From Terriglobia bacterium (GTDB lineage: Bacteria; Acidobacteriota; UBA6911): DNA of 64,000 nt. A model generated the notes under the pieces. It did no database searches and was not told where the DNA came from. It saw nothing but the letters and a program-made list of their open reading frames with translations. This document shows, piece after piece, positions 17,290-26,328 of this stretch. Position numbers and translations under genes: made by a program. How positions within the stretch are numbered: the stretch's first letter is position 1; every line of letters begins with the position of its first letter. The stretch is from contig JAIQGI010000040.1 of the NCBI GenBank assembly GCA_020072565.1, positions 8 to 64,007 of the forward strand, read 5' to 3'.

Positions 17290-19983
17290 TCATTCCATCC
17301 TCAGTGCGGCAATCGGATCGATTCGACTCGCTCGGCGCGCCGGCAGGAGCGCTGCGGCAAGTGCCACCAGCAGCATGAGAGCGGCTGCCAGAATGACTGT
17401 CAGAGGGTCATAGGGCTTCACCTGGTAGAGCAGCGCGCGCAGAAATTGCGTCAGCCAGAATGCGCCTATCAGGCCTGCCGTGATGCCGCCAAGCACCGGA
17501 GGCAGCATGGCTCGCATAACAAGCCGGCGAATGTCACGGGATTCGGCGCCCATCGCAACTCGAATGCCGATCTCGGAAGTACGTCGGCTCACGGAATAGG
17601 AAAGAACGCCAAATATGCCGACCGCCGCAGTCAGAAGAGCGGTTGCGGCAAAAATCGACATCAGCAGGAGATAAATTGCCGGAGTGCGCTTCTGCGTCGC
17701 CGCGATCTCGGCATACAACTCATCGAAGGTCGCCACCTTCTTTATTTTCGATTTTGGCGCAGCTGCCGAGATCAGTGCTTGAATGGCGGGGAGGTCATGG
17801 CGCCGGTCCCCGACCGATCGGATGACCAAGTTGGCATCCATTATCGGCGAATCCTGTAAGAGCGGCACGTAAGCCAGGCAAACTACCTCGGAATGTACAG
17901 ATCCTTGCGTCTTTACCGGTTCAGCAACACCAATGACAGTCAGCCACTTTTGAAACCCTTGGAAGCGTTTGCCGATGGCGCTTTGCCCGGGCCATCCCAG
18001 TTCAGCCGTGCGACGATCTATTATGGCTACAGGTGGTGAATCTGCCTGGTCCTGGGAGTTGAAATTACGCCCGGCCACAATCTTAAGCCCCATAGTCGGG
18101 AAGAAGTCGGGATCCACGCGGACCATATGCAGATCGCCCGATCGGACAAATCGATCCGCGCCGGCGGCACTTTCCTCCGGGACGAACATGCTCCCGGACG
18201 AGGTTGTCGGCGGAACACCCAACCCGATCGTCGCCGTTTGGACTCCGGGCAGGCTTAAAACACGAGCCTTTAGCTGATTGAGTAGAGCTTCCTGCTGATT
18301 CAGGCCGGCACGATCTATGGGAATTTTGGAAGGCGGGTGATCAAAATCCACAATGATCTGTTTCCAGCCTGCCGGGCGCGGCAATGAGAAATCGATTTTG
18401 ATCAGACCTTTTGTGTTGAACCCGGGATCGCTCCAGATGAGGCGGGCAAAGCTGTTGGCCAACAGGCCGGTGCCGCACAACAGGACAATCGTCAGAGCCA
18501 CCTGTGGAACTTGAAGCAGGTACTGCAGTTTCTTGCCGGCTGCCGTGCCCCCTGCAAGCCGATCGATCCCTTTGAGCCCGTTGATCAGGCCTCCGTTTGT
18601 GGCTCGAAGAGCAGGCATGATGCCACACAGCAGGGCCGTCAGGATCGTTGCAGCAGCCGTAAATAGCAGCACTCTTCCATTCAATTCCGTGTCGTATACG
18701 GTAATGAAGCCAAGGTTTGTGAGCAGATTTCGGGGAATCAATCGAATTCCCCACCATGAGAGAAGCAGAGCCATCAGGGTGCCGATTAAAGAAAGCACCA
18801 GACTCTCCCCAAGGAACTGCCGCATCAATCGGAAACGACTCGCGCCGATGGCCGCACGAATGGCGGTTTCCCGCTGACGTGTGGTCGCGCGACTGAGGAG
18901 GAGATTGGCGATATTCGCGCATGCTATCAGCAGAAGGAAGCAGACCGCGGCCATCAGGGCGAACAAGGCTGTCCAGGTTTCGCCGCCGAGTGGGGAGTTA
19001 ATCTGATGCAGCATCGCCGTATCTTGTGCGGGCCAACCCTTAAATCCTTTAAATGCCGCCTCAGCTTCGCGCTGCGCCCGCTTCAAGGTAAGGCCGGGAC
19101 GAATCCGCGCGATCACGTCGATGAAAGTCGAATTGCTGTATTTATCGCCGCCGGGGCGATCGACCAGAGGAATCCACGCCTCAACATTTGTATCCAGCAG
19201 GTACTGCCGGTCGCGCGGGACTACCCCTACGATGGTATAAAAGCGATCGCCGAGAGAGACTGTTTTGCCGACGACATCTGGATCCGCCCCGAAAGAGCGC
19301 GCCCATAGAGCTTCGCTGAGCAGCAGGACGAAATCCTTGCCTGGTTGCCCTTCCTCGGGCCTGAACCCGCGGCCGAGCCGCAGGGGGATGCCCAACAGAT
19401 CGATCATCCCGGGAGAGATGCATTTTACCGAGATGGCATCTTTTTCCCCCGTGCTGCCCAACGCCATTCTTCGCGCTCTTGACATCGCCTCCACGCCGGA
19501 GAAAATCTGCTTTTGGGTCCTCCAGTCCAGCCACTGGCTGTGTCTCATCCCCTGCATGAACACGGGCTTCGCAGGGCTGCGCACGATCATCTGGTAGATT
19601 TCGACAAGCCGGTCCGGATCCCGATACGGCCAGGGCCGGAAGACGGCGGCGTCGGCGACACTGAAGATCGTCGTGTTGGCGCCGATGCCGAGGGTCAGCA
19701 TGATCACGGCTGCAGCCGAGAAGCCCGGGCTGCGGAGCAGGGATCGGAAGGCATAGCGCAAGTCATGCCATAGCGTTTCGATGAATCCGATCGTGTTCAT
19801 GCGATAGATCTCCTCGCGGACACAGGTGACGTTGCCGAACTTCCGGTGAGCGGCACGGCGTGCGTCTTCAGGAGACATGCCCCTGGCGATGTTCTCGTCG
19901 GTTTCTATTTCGATATAGGACTGAATTTCACGGGCCCGTTCGTCATCCCAGCGGCTGCGACGGACATATCGACTCCATCCCAT
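17290..19983 (-). CDS. ADOP-type duplicated MacB/FtsX-like permease (897 aa)
   Basis: MGWSRYVRRSRWDDERAREIQSYIEIETDENIARGMSPEDARRAAHRKFGN...WHDLRYAFRSLLRSPGFSAAAVIMLTLGIGANTTIFS and a C-terminal ARRASRIDPIAALRME. Starts 4 nt after the PadR stop. Confidence 0.92.
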   Translation of the reverse strand: MGWSRYVRRSRWDDERAREIQSYIEIETDENIARGMSPEDARRAAHRKFGNVTCVREEIYRMNTIGFIETLWHDLRYAFRSLLRSPGFSAAAVIMLTLGIGANTTIFSVADAAVFRPWPYRDPDRLVEIYQMIVRSPAKPVFMQGMRHSQWLDWRTQKQIFSGVEAMSRARRMALGSTGEKDAISVKCISPGMIDLLGIPLRLGRGFRPEEGQPGKDFVLLLSEALWARSFGADPDVVGKTVSLGDRFYTIVGVVPRDRQYLLDTNVEAWIPLVDRPGGDKYSNSTFIDVIARIRPGLTLKRAQREAEAAFKGFKGWPAQDTAMLHQINSPLGGETWTALFALMAAVCFLLLIACANIANLLLSRATTRQRETAIRAAIGASRFRLMRQFLGESLVLSLIGTLMALLLSWWGIRLIPRNLLTNLGFITVYDTELNGRVLLFTAAATILTALLCGIMPALRATNGGLINGLKGIDRLAGGTAAGKKLQYLLQVPQVALTIVLLCGTGLLANSFARLIWSDPGFNTKGLIKIDFSLPRPAGWKQIIVDFDHPPSKIPIDRAGLNQQEALLNQLKARVLSLPGVQTATIGLGVPPTTSSGSMFVPEESAAGADRFVRSGDLHMVRVDPDFFPTMGLKIVAGRNFNSQDQADSPPVAIIDRRTAELGWPGQSAIGKRFQGFQKWLTVIGVAEPVKTQGSVHSEVVCLAYVPLLQDSPIMDANLVIRSVGDRRHDLPAIQALISAAAPKSKIKKVATFDELYAEIAATQKRTPAIYLLLMSIFAATALLTAAVGIFGVLSYSVSRRTSEIGIRVAMGAESRDIRRLVMRAMLPPVLGGITAGLIGAFWLTQFLRALLYQVKPYDPLTVILAAALMLLVALAAALLPARRASRIDPIAALRME

Positions 19984-19987
19984 GATT

Positions 19988-20395
19988 CTACTCCGTGGCC
20001 GGCCGAAGGATCCGGTTGATCGCCTGCACCAGTTGATCCCAGCGGCCGATTTGCGCGGCCAGTTGCTTGCGACCTGCAGGCGTCAGCCGGTAATACCTTG
20101 CCTTGCGATTATTTTCCGAGGTACCCCAGAAAGAAGATATCCAACCGCGATCCTCGATCCGGTGCAGCGCCGGGTAAAGAGATCCATGTTCCACTTGAAG
20201 GACATTTTCGGATCGCTTCTCTATTGCATGTGCGATCGTGTGCCCGTGCGCCGGCCCCCGCGCCAGGGTTTGTAAAATCAGCAGGTCCAACGTTCCCTGC
20301 AGCATCTCTTCCTGAAGCGGTGCTGTTCCTCGTTTTGGCATATGCGGCTCATGATACTCCAATAGGTCATCTACCTGAAAGGGAAAATGATCCAT
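19988..20395 (-). CDS. PadR-family transcriptional regulator
   Basis: LQGTLDLLILQTLARGPAHGHTIAHAIEKRS...GSLYPALHRIEDRGWISSFWGTSENNRKARYYRLTPAGRKQL. The start is the ATG at 20395 or the internal ATG at 20341. Confidence 0.9.
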   Translation of the reverse strand: MDHFPFQVDDLLEYHEPHMPKRGTAPLQEEMLQGTLDLLILQTLARGPAHGHTIAHAIEKRSENVLQVEHGSLYPALHRIEDRGWISSFWGTSENNRKARYYRLTPAGRKQLAAQIGRWDQLVQAINRILRPATE

Positions 20396-20530
20396 CGATG
20401 TTGTGTCATAGGTTCATGCTGCTCAGGTCGGACAGGCGTAAAATCCGTAGAAGATTATCTATGGAAATGGAAATGACACGTTACCATCATTTGCGGCTCA
20501 GCCCGAAATTTTGACATTACGGGGCTGGAG

Positions 20531-23110
20531 CTACTCGGCGCGGAGCACGACGATCGGATCGACGCGCGCCGCACGCCGTGCAGGCAGGTAGGCCGCGATG
20601 AGTGCGGTTCCGACGACGGCGACCCCGGCCAAAGCCAGTGTTGTCGGATCGTGCGTATCGACCTTGAAGAGCTGGGCCTCGGCCAACCGGGCCGCCCAGT
20701 GCGTCGCCAGAAGGCCGAGCACGAGGCCTGCCGCGACCGGCAAAAGAGTCTGCCTCAGAAACAGGCGGACAAGCGATTGAGGGCTTGCGCCGATCGCCAC
20801 GCGGATCCCCATCTCACGCGTCCGGGTGGCTACAAGGGATGCGACCACCCCGAAGACGCCGAGCACCGTGAGGCCAAGAGCCATTGCCGCGAAGCTCGTC
20901 AGCACTAACGTCTGAAAACGCGGATTCTTGTACGCCGTGAGAGCGCCGATCGAATCGGTCCACCAGTCGGCGCGAATCGGAATACCTGGAACGGCCGCGC
21001 TGAGCTGGCGCCTGATCTCGACAGGCAGCGATCCCTGATGCCCGCGCACGCGCGCGAAGACCTGCAAAGGTGTAGTAGGGCCGCGGGGGATGACATACAC
21101 CGGTGGTCGCCCCTCACGGTCCAGACTCCACCGCACTTCGCCGATCAGACCTACGACGCGCCAGACTTGTCCCCGGCCATCGTTGAGGATTTGGCCCAGC
21201 GGATCGGCTCCCCCAAACAGGGCACGAGCGGCGGATTCGGAGACGACAGCGGCCTCCCCACCGGTATCTTCCCAGGTCAGCAGGCGTCCCCGGATGAGCC
21301 GAATGCTGAGGGTCTCGAAGTAGCCGGGAACCACATGCACGACACCTGCGGCCGGCTGCTTCGAACCAGGGCTGTACGCGGGCCCCCAGGGCGCATTGCC
21401 GGCGAGCGGTGCTAATCCTGTTGCTCCGGCGGCAACGACATCTTTGCGTGCACGAAGCGTTTCGACGATCCGGCGATAAAAACCCACGACGTCGGTTGTT
21501 CCTCGCGGCGGCCCCAGGCTGACCGAGATCACGTTGTCGGGATCGAAACCAAGCGGAGTTCGAAGCACTGCCAGAAAAGCGCGTGTGGTCACGACTGCGC
21601 CGAACACCAACACGATCGCAAGACCGACCTGCACCGCGATCATCGGCCGGCCGAGTCGGCCGGTCCGCAGGCCGTTGCCATGTTGTCCTTGAATCGAGCC
21701 CAGGACGTTAAGCCTTGCCGAGCGCCATGCCGGGACGATCGCGAAGATCAATCCGCCGAGCAGGCCGAGGCCAAGACTCATCAGCACGACGCGCGTGTCG
21801 ACGCCAATGGGTACGTTTTCCACCGCGATGTTCGGCACCTGGCGCGCGATCGTGTCGAAGGAAAGCCGTATGACGCAGAGCGCGAGCGCAGATCCGGCCG
21901 CGGCAATCAACAGCGCCTCAAACAACACGGGCCGGATCAGCCGCAGCCGGCTTGCGCCAAGCGCCGCGCGCACGGCCGTTTCTTTCTCCCGGCGACGCCC
22001 GCGCACGAGCAGCATGTTTGCCAGATTGGAACAGCCGATGAGCAGGACCAGGGCCGCCGCTGCCAGCAGTAGTTTCATAATCGGCTGCCCTATCGGGTAG
22101 ATAGTCGACCGGATGTCTACGAGGAACGGCGTGTCATCAGCGCGGCGCGCATCGCCCGCGTTGACGGACGCCGCCAGCGCTTCGAGCCGCGCCTGAGCCT
22201 GTAAACGCGAAACACCCGGAGCCAGGCGAACGACCGGATGAAAGGTGCCGCCATCTGTCCCGGGAGCGATGGGCGCCATGAGCGTTACCACCTCAGGTTT
22301 GCCGCTGAAGAAGGATACAGTCGGAAACAGAAAGTTCGGCGGCAGGACACCGATCACCTCGAAACTCGACTTCCCGAGCGAGATTGTCCGGCCGATGATT
22401 TCGGCGTCGCCACCGAAGCGTGTCTTCCAGGAAGTCCAGGTCAACATCGCCGTCCGACCCGGCACATCCTGCGCGGTAAAGAGCCGGCCGCGCGCCGGGC
22501 GCACGCCAAGGATGGGGAAATAGCTCGACGTGGTCTGGATCGTCGACACCGACTCGACCCCGTCAGGTGTGCCGACCAGCTCTGCTGGACCCCCGTCAAA
22601 CATCCCGGCGTCGCTCAGCCCCGGATGCCGACGGTTGATCGCCTCGATGTAATCGTATGGGACGAGGGTATAGCGCTTACCGGTCTGTCGATTCATCATC
22701 TGCAGCAGAAACACCCGGTCGGGGTCTTCGAAGGGAAGCGGCCGGAAAAGCACGCCGTCCGCGATGGCCAGAATGGAGGCATTGGCGCCGACGGCAACTG
22801 CCAAAGTAATGATCGCCATCGCCGCGAATCCCGGATTCCGCCGCAACATGCGCGTGCTGTGCAGGAGGTCATGCCACACTCCCTCCAGGCAGAAGGCGCG
22901 GACGTCCTGCACCGATTCTCTGGTCTGTTCCAGGCCGCCAAGACGCAAACGGGCCAGGCGCTTCGCCTCGTCACGGGATTTGCCGCGGCGCACCTCGTCT
23001 TCGACCAGCATGTCAAAGTGCGTCCGCAGTTCCTCATCCAGCCGCTGTCCCAGACGGGTTCTCACAAACCAGCCACGAAATCTTGCGACGACTGCGCGGA
23101 ATGACACCAT
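20531..23110 (-). CDS. ADOP-type duplicated MacB/FtsX-like permease (about 859 aa)
   Basis: MVSFRAVVARFRGWFVRTRLGQRLDEELRTHFDMLVEDEVRRGKSRDEAKRLARLRLGG... and a C-terminal ARRAARVDPIVVLRAE. The ATG at 23110 has GGAGG 5 nt upstream (the track start at 23122 is a TTG). Confidence 0.9.
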   Translation of the reverse strand: MVSFRAVVARFRGWFVRTRLGQRLDEELRTHFDMLVEDEVRRGKSRDEAKRLARLRLGGLEQTRESVQDVRAFCLEGVWHDLLHSTRMLRRNPGFAAMAIITLAVAVGANASILAIADGVLFRPLPFEDPDRVFLLQMMNRQTGKRYTLVPYDYIEAINRRHPGLSDAGMFDGGPAELVGTPDGVESVSTIQTTSSYFPILGVRPARGRLFTAQDVPGRTAMLTWTSWKTRFGGDAEIIGRTISLGKSSFEVIGVLPPNFLFPTVSFFSGKPEVVTLMAPIAPGTDGGTFHPVVRLAPGVSRLQAQARLEALAASVNAGDARRADDTPFLVDIRSTIYPIGQPIMKLLLAAAALVLLIGCSNLANMLLVRGRRREKETAVRAALGASRLRLIRPVLFEALLIAAAGSALALCVIRLSFDTIARQVPNIAVENVPIGVDTRVVLMSLGLGLLGGLIFAIVPAWRSARLNVLGSIQGQHGNGLRTGRLGRPMIAVQVGLAIVLVFGAVVTTRAFLAVLRTPLGFDPDNVISVSLGPPRGTTDVVGFYRRIVETLRARKDVVAAGATGLAPLAGNAPWGPAYSPGSKQPAAGVVHVVPGYFETLSIRLIRGRLLTWEDTGGEAAVVSESAARALFGGADPLGQILNDGRGQVWRVVGLIGEVRWSLDREGRPPVYVIPRGPTTPLQVFARVRGHQGSLPVEIRRQLSAAVPGIPIRADWWTDSIGALTAYKNPRFQTLVLTSFAAMALGLTVLGVFGVVASLVATRTREMGIRVAIGASPQSLVRLFLRQTLLPVAAGLVLGLLATHWAARLAEAQLFKVDTHDPTTLALAGVAVVGTALIAAYLPARRAARVDPIVVLRAE

Positions 23111-23169
23111 CCCTCCCTCCAACGGAAATTAATGATTCAGCCTCGCGATAATTCCAATGGGATGGCGTC

Positions 23170-23271
23170 TCAGCCCGTTTCCAGGAAACGTGCCATCATC
23201 GCCTGAACCCGATGCCAATTCTCGGTTTCCTTCGCGATCTGTTTCCGCCCATCGCTATGGTGAAAGCGGAA
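23170..23271 (-). pseudogene. C-terminal relic of a PadR gene
   Basis: Hand translation gives FRFHHSDGRKQIAKETENWHRVQAMMARFLETG*. This aligns with the C-termini of the intact PadRs (YYRLTAAGRKQLEKKVSEFDKLLKAI..., YYSVTPAGRKYLNQERANWDRLSTAI...). Nothing upstream in the frame is PadR-like, and that frame runs into the TolB-like gene's 3' end. It lies 59 nt upstream of the ADOP start. Confidence 0.5.
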
Positions 23272-23300
23272 TCCTTCCCCGTTTTGGCAGGTGCGTGCCG

Positions 23301-24389
23301 TCAGCGGCCTGACAGCATCGGCGACAGGCAGAAATTGGATGAGTTCGTCTTGCCGGTGATCTTCTTGCGGTTTTGCCCATCCAGGCCGATGGAGTATATG
23401 TTCCAGGCGCCTTCGTCGTCGGAGCAGAACATCACTCCTTTGCTGTCGGGGGTGAAGATGGCATTCACTACGCGGCGCAATCTCGCCGAAAGGAGGACAT
23501 CCTGCCTCTTCCCGTCGGGATCGACCAGGCGCACCCCGTTGTCCGACTGCAGCAGGAGCATGCGGCTGTCGAGAGACCAGGTGGGAAAGAAGACCACCTC
23601 GTCGGTCACCTTTTTTCTGCCGGTGCCGTCTGCCCCGATCACCCAGACACCGGCATCCTTGGCATCCGCCTCCGTCTTTGCAACGGCCACGTAGGCGATG
23701 TATTTTCCGTCAGGCGACCACTTGGGCCGAACATCGATGGTCGGGGAATCCGTCAGGCGGCTGCTGTGCCTTCCATCGGAGGTTATCACGTAGATACCCC
23801 CGTTGTCCGGATCCCCGTAGCTGACTGCCAGGCGCCTGGCATCTGGCGCCCAACAAGCGGATGGGTTGCGTCCGGACCCCGGCAACCGCATCTGTGCGCC
23901 GGTCTGCAGGTCGAGTACGTAGACCGAGTTCAGGGGAGCCTTGGTCGCGGCTAGAACCTCCGGATCGTCGCGGTCGGGGCTTTCATACGCCGAGATGAAA
24001 AACAGCTGCCGGGAATCCGGCGCCCAGGCGAAATCAAGCACGGGAAAATCAAGGAGCCGCTTCTGGTTGCCGCCCGTTGCATCCATTGTGTACAGAAGAT
24101 ACTGATAGGGGAGGCGGTACCTTTTCAGGATCTCCGCGTCCTGGGTGCGCGCGGTGAAGAAGGCGATCTTCTTCCCGTCGCGCGACCATGAGGCAAACCG
24201 GAGTTGTGCCATCTGATCGGGCGCGAGAAGCTTGGACCCGGTGGTATCGGAGTTCATGGTAAAAATGCCGAATTGCCCGGTGCGGCTCGGCGTGAACGCG
24301 ATTTTGTAACCTCCCGATCCGCCTGGCGTCTGGGAACAAGCCGTGCACAGGATAAACACCCAAGGAGCAATCCGTGAACCGAGTTTCAT
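23301..24389 (-). CDS. TolB-like beta-propeller (PD40/WD40-like repeat) lipoprotein
   Basis: N-terminus MKLGSRIAPWVFILCTAC|SQ (signal peptide with Cys). Repeated W(S/A)PDG/ WSRDGKKIAF / WSPDGKYIAY / WAPDARRLAV motifs. ATG at 24389. Confidence 0.8.
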   Translation of the reverse strand: MKLGSRIAPWVFILCTACSQTPGGSGGYKIAFTPSRTGQFGIFTMNSDTTGSKLLAPDQMAQLRFASWSRDGKKIAFFTARTQDAEILKRYRLPYQYLLYTMDATGGNQKRLLDFPVLDFAWAPDSRQLFFISAYESPDRDDPEVLAATKAPLNSVYVLDLQTGAQMRLPGSGRNPSACWAPDARRLAVSYGDPDNGGIYVITSDGRHSSRLTDSPTIDVRPKWSPDGKYIAYVAVAKTEADAKDAGVWVIGADGTGRKKVTDEVVFFPTWSLDSRMLLLQSDNGVRLVDPDGKRQDVLLSARLRRVVNAIFTPDSKGVMFCSDDEGAWNIYSIGLDGQNRKKITGKTNSSNFCLSPMLSGR

Positions 24390-24640
24390 CACTCTCCCCG
24401 CACAATAAAGAAGCTGGCATCATTCCACATTTTGCAGCGCCCCACATTCCCGTCGCGAGGGTTCTGACTGCAAATAGATTAGTTTCATTATAAGTGAAAA
24501 AACTCCCACCGGTTGCGGAATTCCCTGGCGGCCATTGCTCGCCGGCTTTGTCGTAGTCGCGGCGGCGGTGCATACTTGATGAATGGGCTGTGCAGGACGG
24601 CGGCCGGATGCCGGCCTCCTTGCTGCCTGAGGAGGGAGAA

Positions 24641-25288
24641 ATGAAAAAGATTGGTGTCCTTGGCTCCGGAACCGTCGGCGAGGTTCTTGCCGATGGACTG
24701 CTCAAACATGGCTACGAGGTAATGCGCGGCTCCCGCGACCCGGGCAAACTCGCGGACTGGAAAAAGCGCGCCGGCTCCCGCGCGCGCACGGGAACCTTCG
24801 CCGAGACTGCGCGCTTCGGCGAACTCATCATGCTGGCCGTGAAGGGATCAGCCGCGGAGTCGGTCCTCGACCAGTGCGACGCCGCCGCCCTGGCGGGCAA
24901 AACCGTGATTGACGCCACCAATCCCATCGCCGACAAACCGCCCGTGAACGGCGTACTCTCGTTTTTCACGGGCACGAACGAATCGCTGATGGAGAGGCTC
25001 CAGCACAGAATCCCCACGGCCCGCTTCGTCAAGGCCTTTTCCTGCGTCGGGAACGCCTTTATGGTGAATCCCGATTTCGCCGGTGTTCGCCCGACCATGT
25101 TTATCTGCGGCCATGACGCCGGTGCCAAGGAGGAAGCCGGGGAGATCCTCGATCGCTTTGGATGGGACGTCGAAGACATGGGGGAAATCGAAGCGGCGCG
25201 AGCCATAGAGCCCCTGTGCATGCTCTGGTGCATACCGGGCCTGCGCGAGGACCGCTGGAACCACGCGTTCAAGCTTTTGAGGAAGTGA
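24641..25288 (+). CDS. NAD(P)-binding oxidoreductase of the NADPH-dependent F420 reductase (NpdG-like) family
   Basis: MKKIGVLGSGTVGEVLADGLLKHGYEVMRGSRDP is a Rossmann GxGxxG followed by a short-chain F420/NADP reductase-like body. The ATG at 24641 is preceded by GGAGGGAG. Confidence 0.75.
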   Translation: MKKIGVLGSGTVGEVLADGLLKHGYEVMRGSRDPGKLADWKKRAGSRARTGTFAETARFGELIMLAVKGSAAESVLDQCDAAALAGKTVIDATNPIADKPPVNGVLSFFTGTNESLMERLQHRIPTARFVKAFSCVGNAFMVNPDFAGVRPTMFICGHDAGAKEEAGEILDRFGWDVEDMGEIEAARAIEPLCMLWCIPGLREDRWNHAFKLLRK

Positions 25289-25386
25289 GCGGCTCCGGAT
25301 CCGGATCTGCAGTGGATTTTGACCTGCTGTCTCCACTACTGACATAAAATTCGGACTCGCCCGTCGCGTACGAAGGGGTTGAGACG

Positions 25387-26277
25387 GTGAACAGAGTGGT
25401 CGGGGTACTTTTTTTCGTCTTCGTTCCGTTGACGGCCCATTGCCGGCAGTTTGCCACCGACCCAATCGAGCCCGAGTCATGCAGGCACGCACCCGGATGC
25501 CCTGCGTTCAGGTTGCAGGGCTGCAACGGTGGGTGGGACTCGTCGGGAATCGGTTCGGGTGCGGCCAGGCAGGTGTTGTTTTGGGATGCATGCGGCACGG
25601 CAGGCGTTTGGCCGCGCCCGGGGGCGCAATCCGCATCCACCCGACCTGCCCGGCCCAGGCCCCAGAGGCCGCATTTGATCGAGTTGAGCGCCGCGAACTG
25701 GCGGCCGCTTACCCCTCAGGAGAAGCGCAGCCTGTTCGTGCGCGACCTGTATAATTGGGAAACCCACCTCTCCCTGATCCTGGACGCCGGCTTCTCCCTT
25801 GCCATTGGAGACCGCTCGTATCTGGGTGGGGGCGCCGCCGGCCTGGCCCGGAGGGATGGCCTCAATATCGCCGACGAGGTCAATTTCACCTTTTTCAATG
25901 CCTACCTGTTCCCGGCCATTTTCCACCAGGACCCCCGTTATATTCCGCTCGACCATGGCACCCGCGGCGCGCGGCTTGGCTACGCGTTGAGCCGGGTCGT
26001 TATCACCCGGTCCGATTCGGGCAGGTCCGAGTTCAACAGATCCAAGATCGTGGGCACGGTCCTTGCCACATCACTCTCGAGCGCCTATTACGCCGCCGCC
26101 GGTGCCGATGTGGGGGTTGGCGGGAATTTCGCCAGCATGGGAATCAACCTGGCGTCGGATGCCGCGTTCGACGTGCTCAAGGAGTTCTGGCCCGATGTGG
26201 CGCGCAAACTCAAGATGAGCGTCTGGATCAGGAATCTGGTCCGGGCCGCCCTCCGGGATTCAATTCGTGTGAGTTAA
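25387..26277 (+). CDS. Hypothetical protein
   Basis: 296-aa ORF with a GTG start. N-terminal hydrophobic segment VGVLFFVFVPLTAHC. The C-terminal two-thirds have a plausible coding composition (…FFNAYLFPAIFHQDPRYIPL…). No recognised domain, and the start is uncertain. Confidence 0.5.
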   Translation: MNRVVGVLFFVFVPLTAHCRQFATDPIEPESCRHAPGCPAFRLQGCNGGWDSSGIGSGAARQVLFWDACGTAGVWPRPGAQSASTRPARPRPQRPHLIELSAANWRPLTPQEKRSLFVRDLYNWETHLSLILDAGFSLAIGDRSYLGGGAAGLARRDGLNIADEVNFTFFNAYLFPAIFHQDPRYIPLDHGTRGARLGYALSRVVITRSDSGRSEFNRSKIVGTVLATSLSSAYYAAAGADVGVGGNFASMGINLASDAAFDVLKEFWPDVARKLKMSVWIRNLVRAALRDSIRVS

Positions 26278-26328
26278 GGAGAGGGAAGAGGATGGACCGT
26301 TCATGACTGCCTCATCAGGCAATTCCAA

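Noticed and set aside
16924-17859. 311-aa plus-strand ORF spanning the islet edge and the ADOP 3' end.
   Set aside because: Only residues about 81-110 look like a transposase N-terminus and are reported as a relic. The remainder is antisense to the permease and low in complexity.
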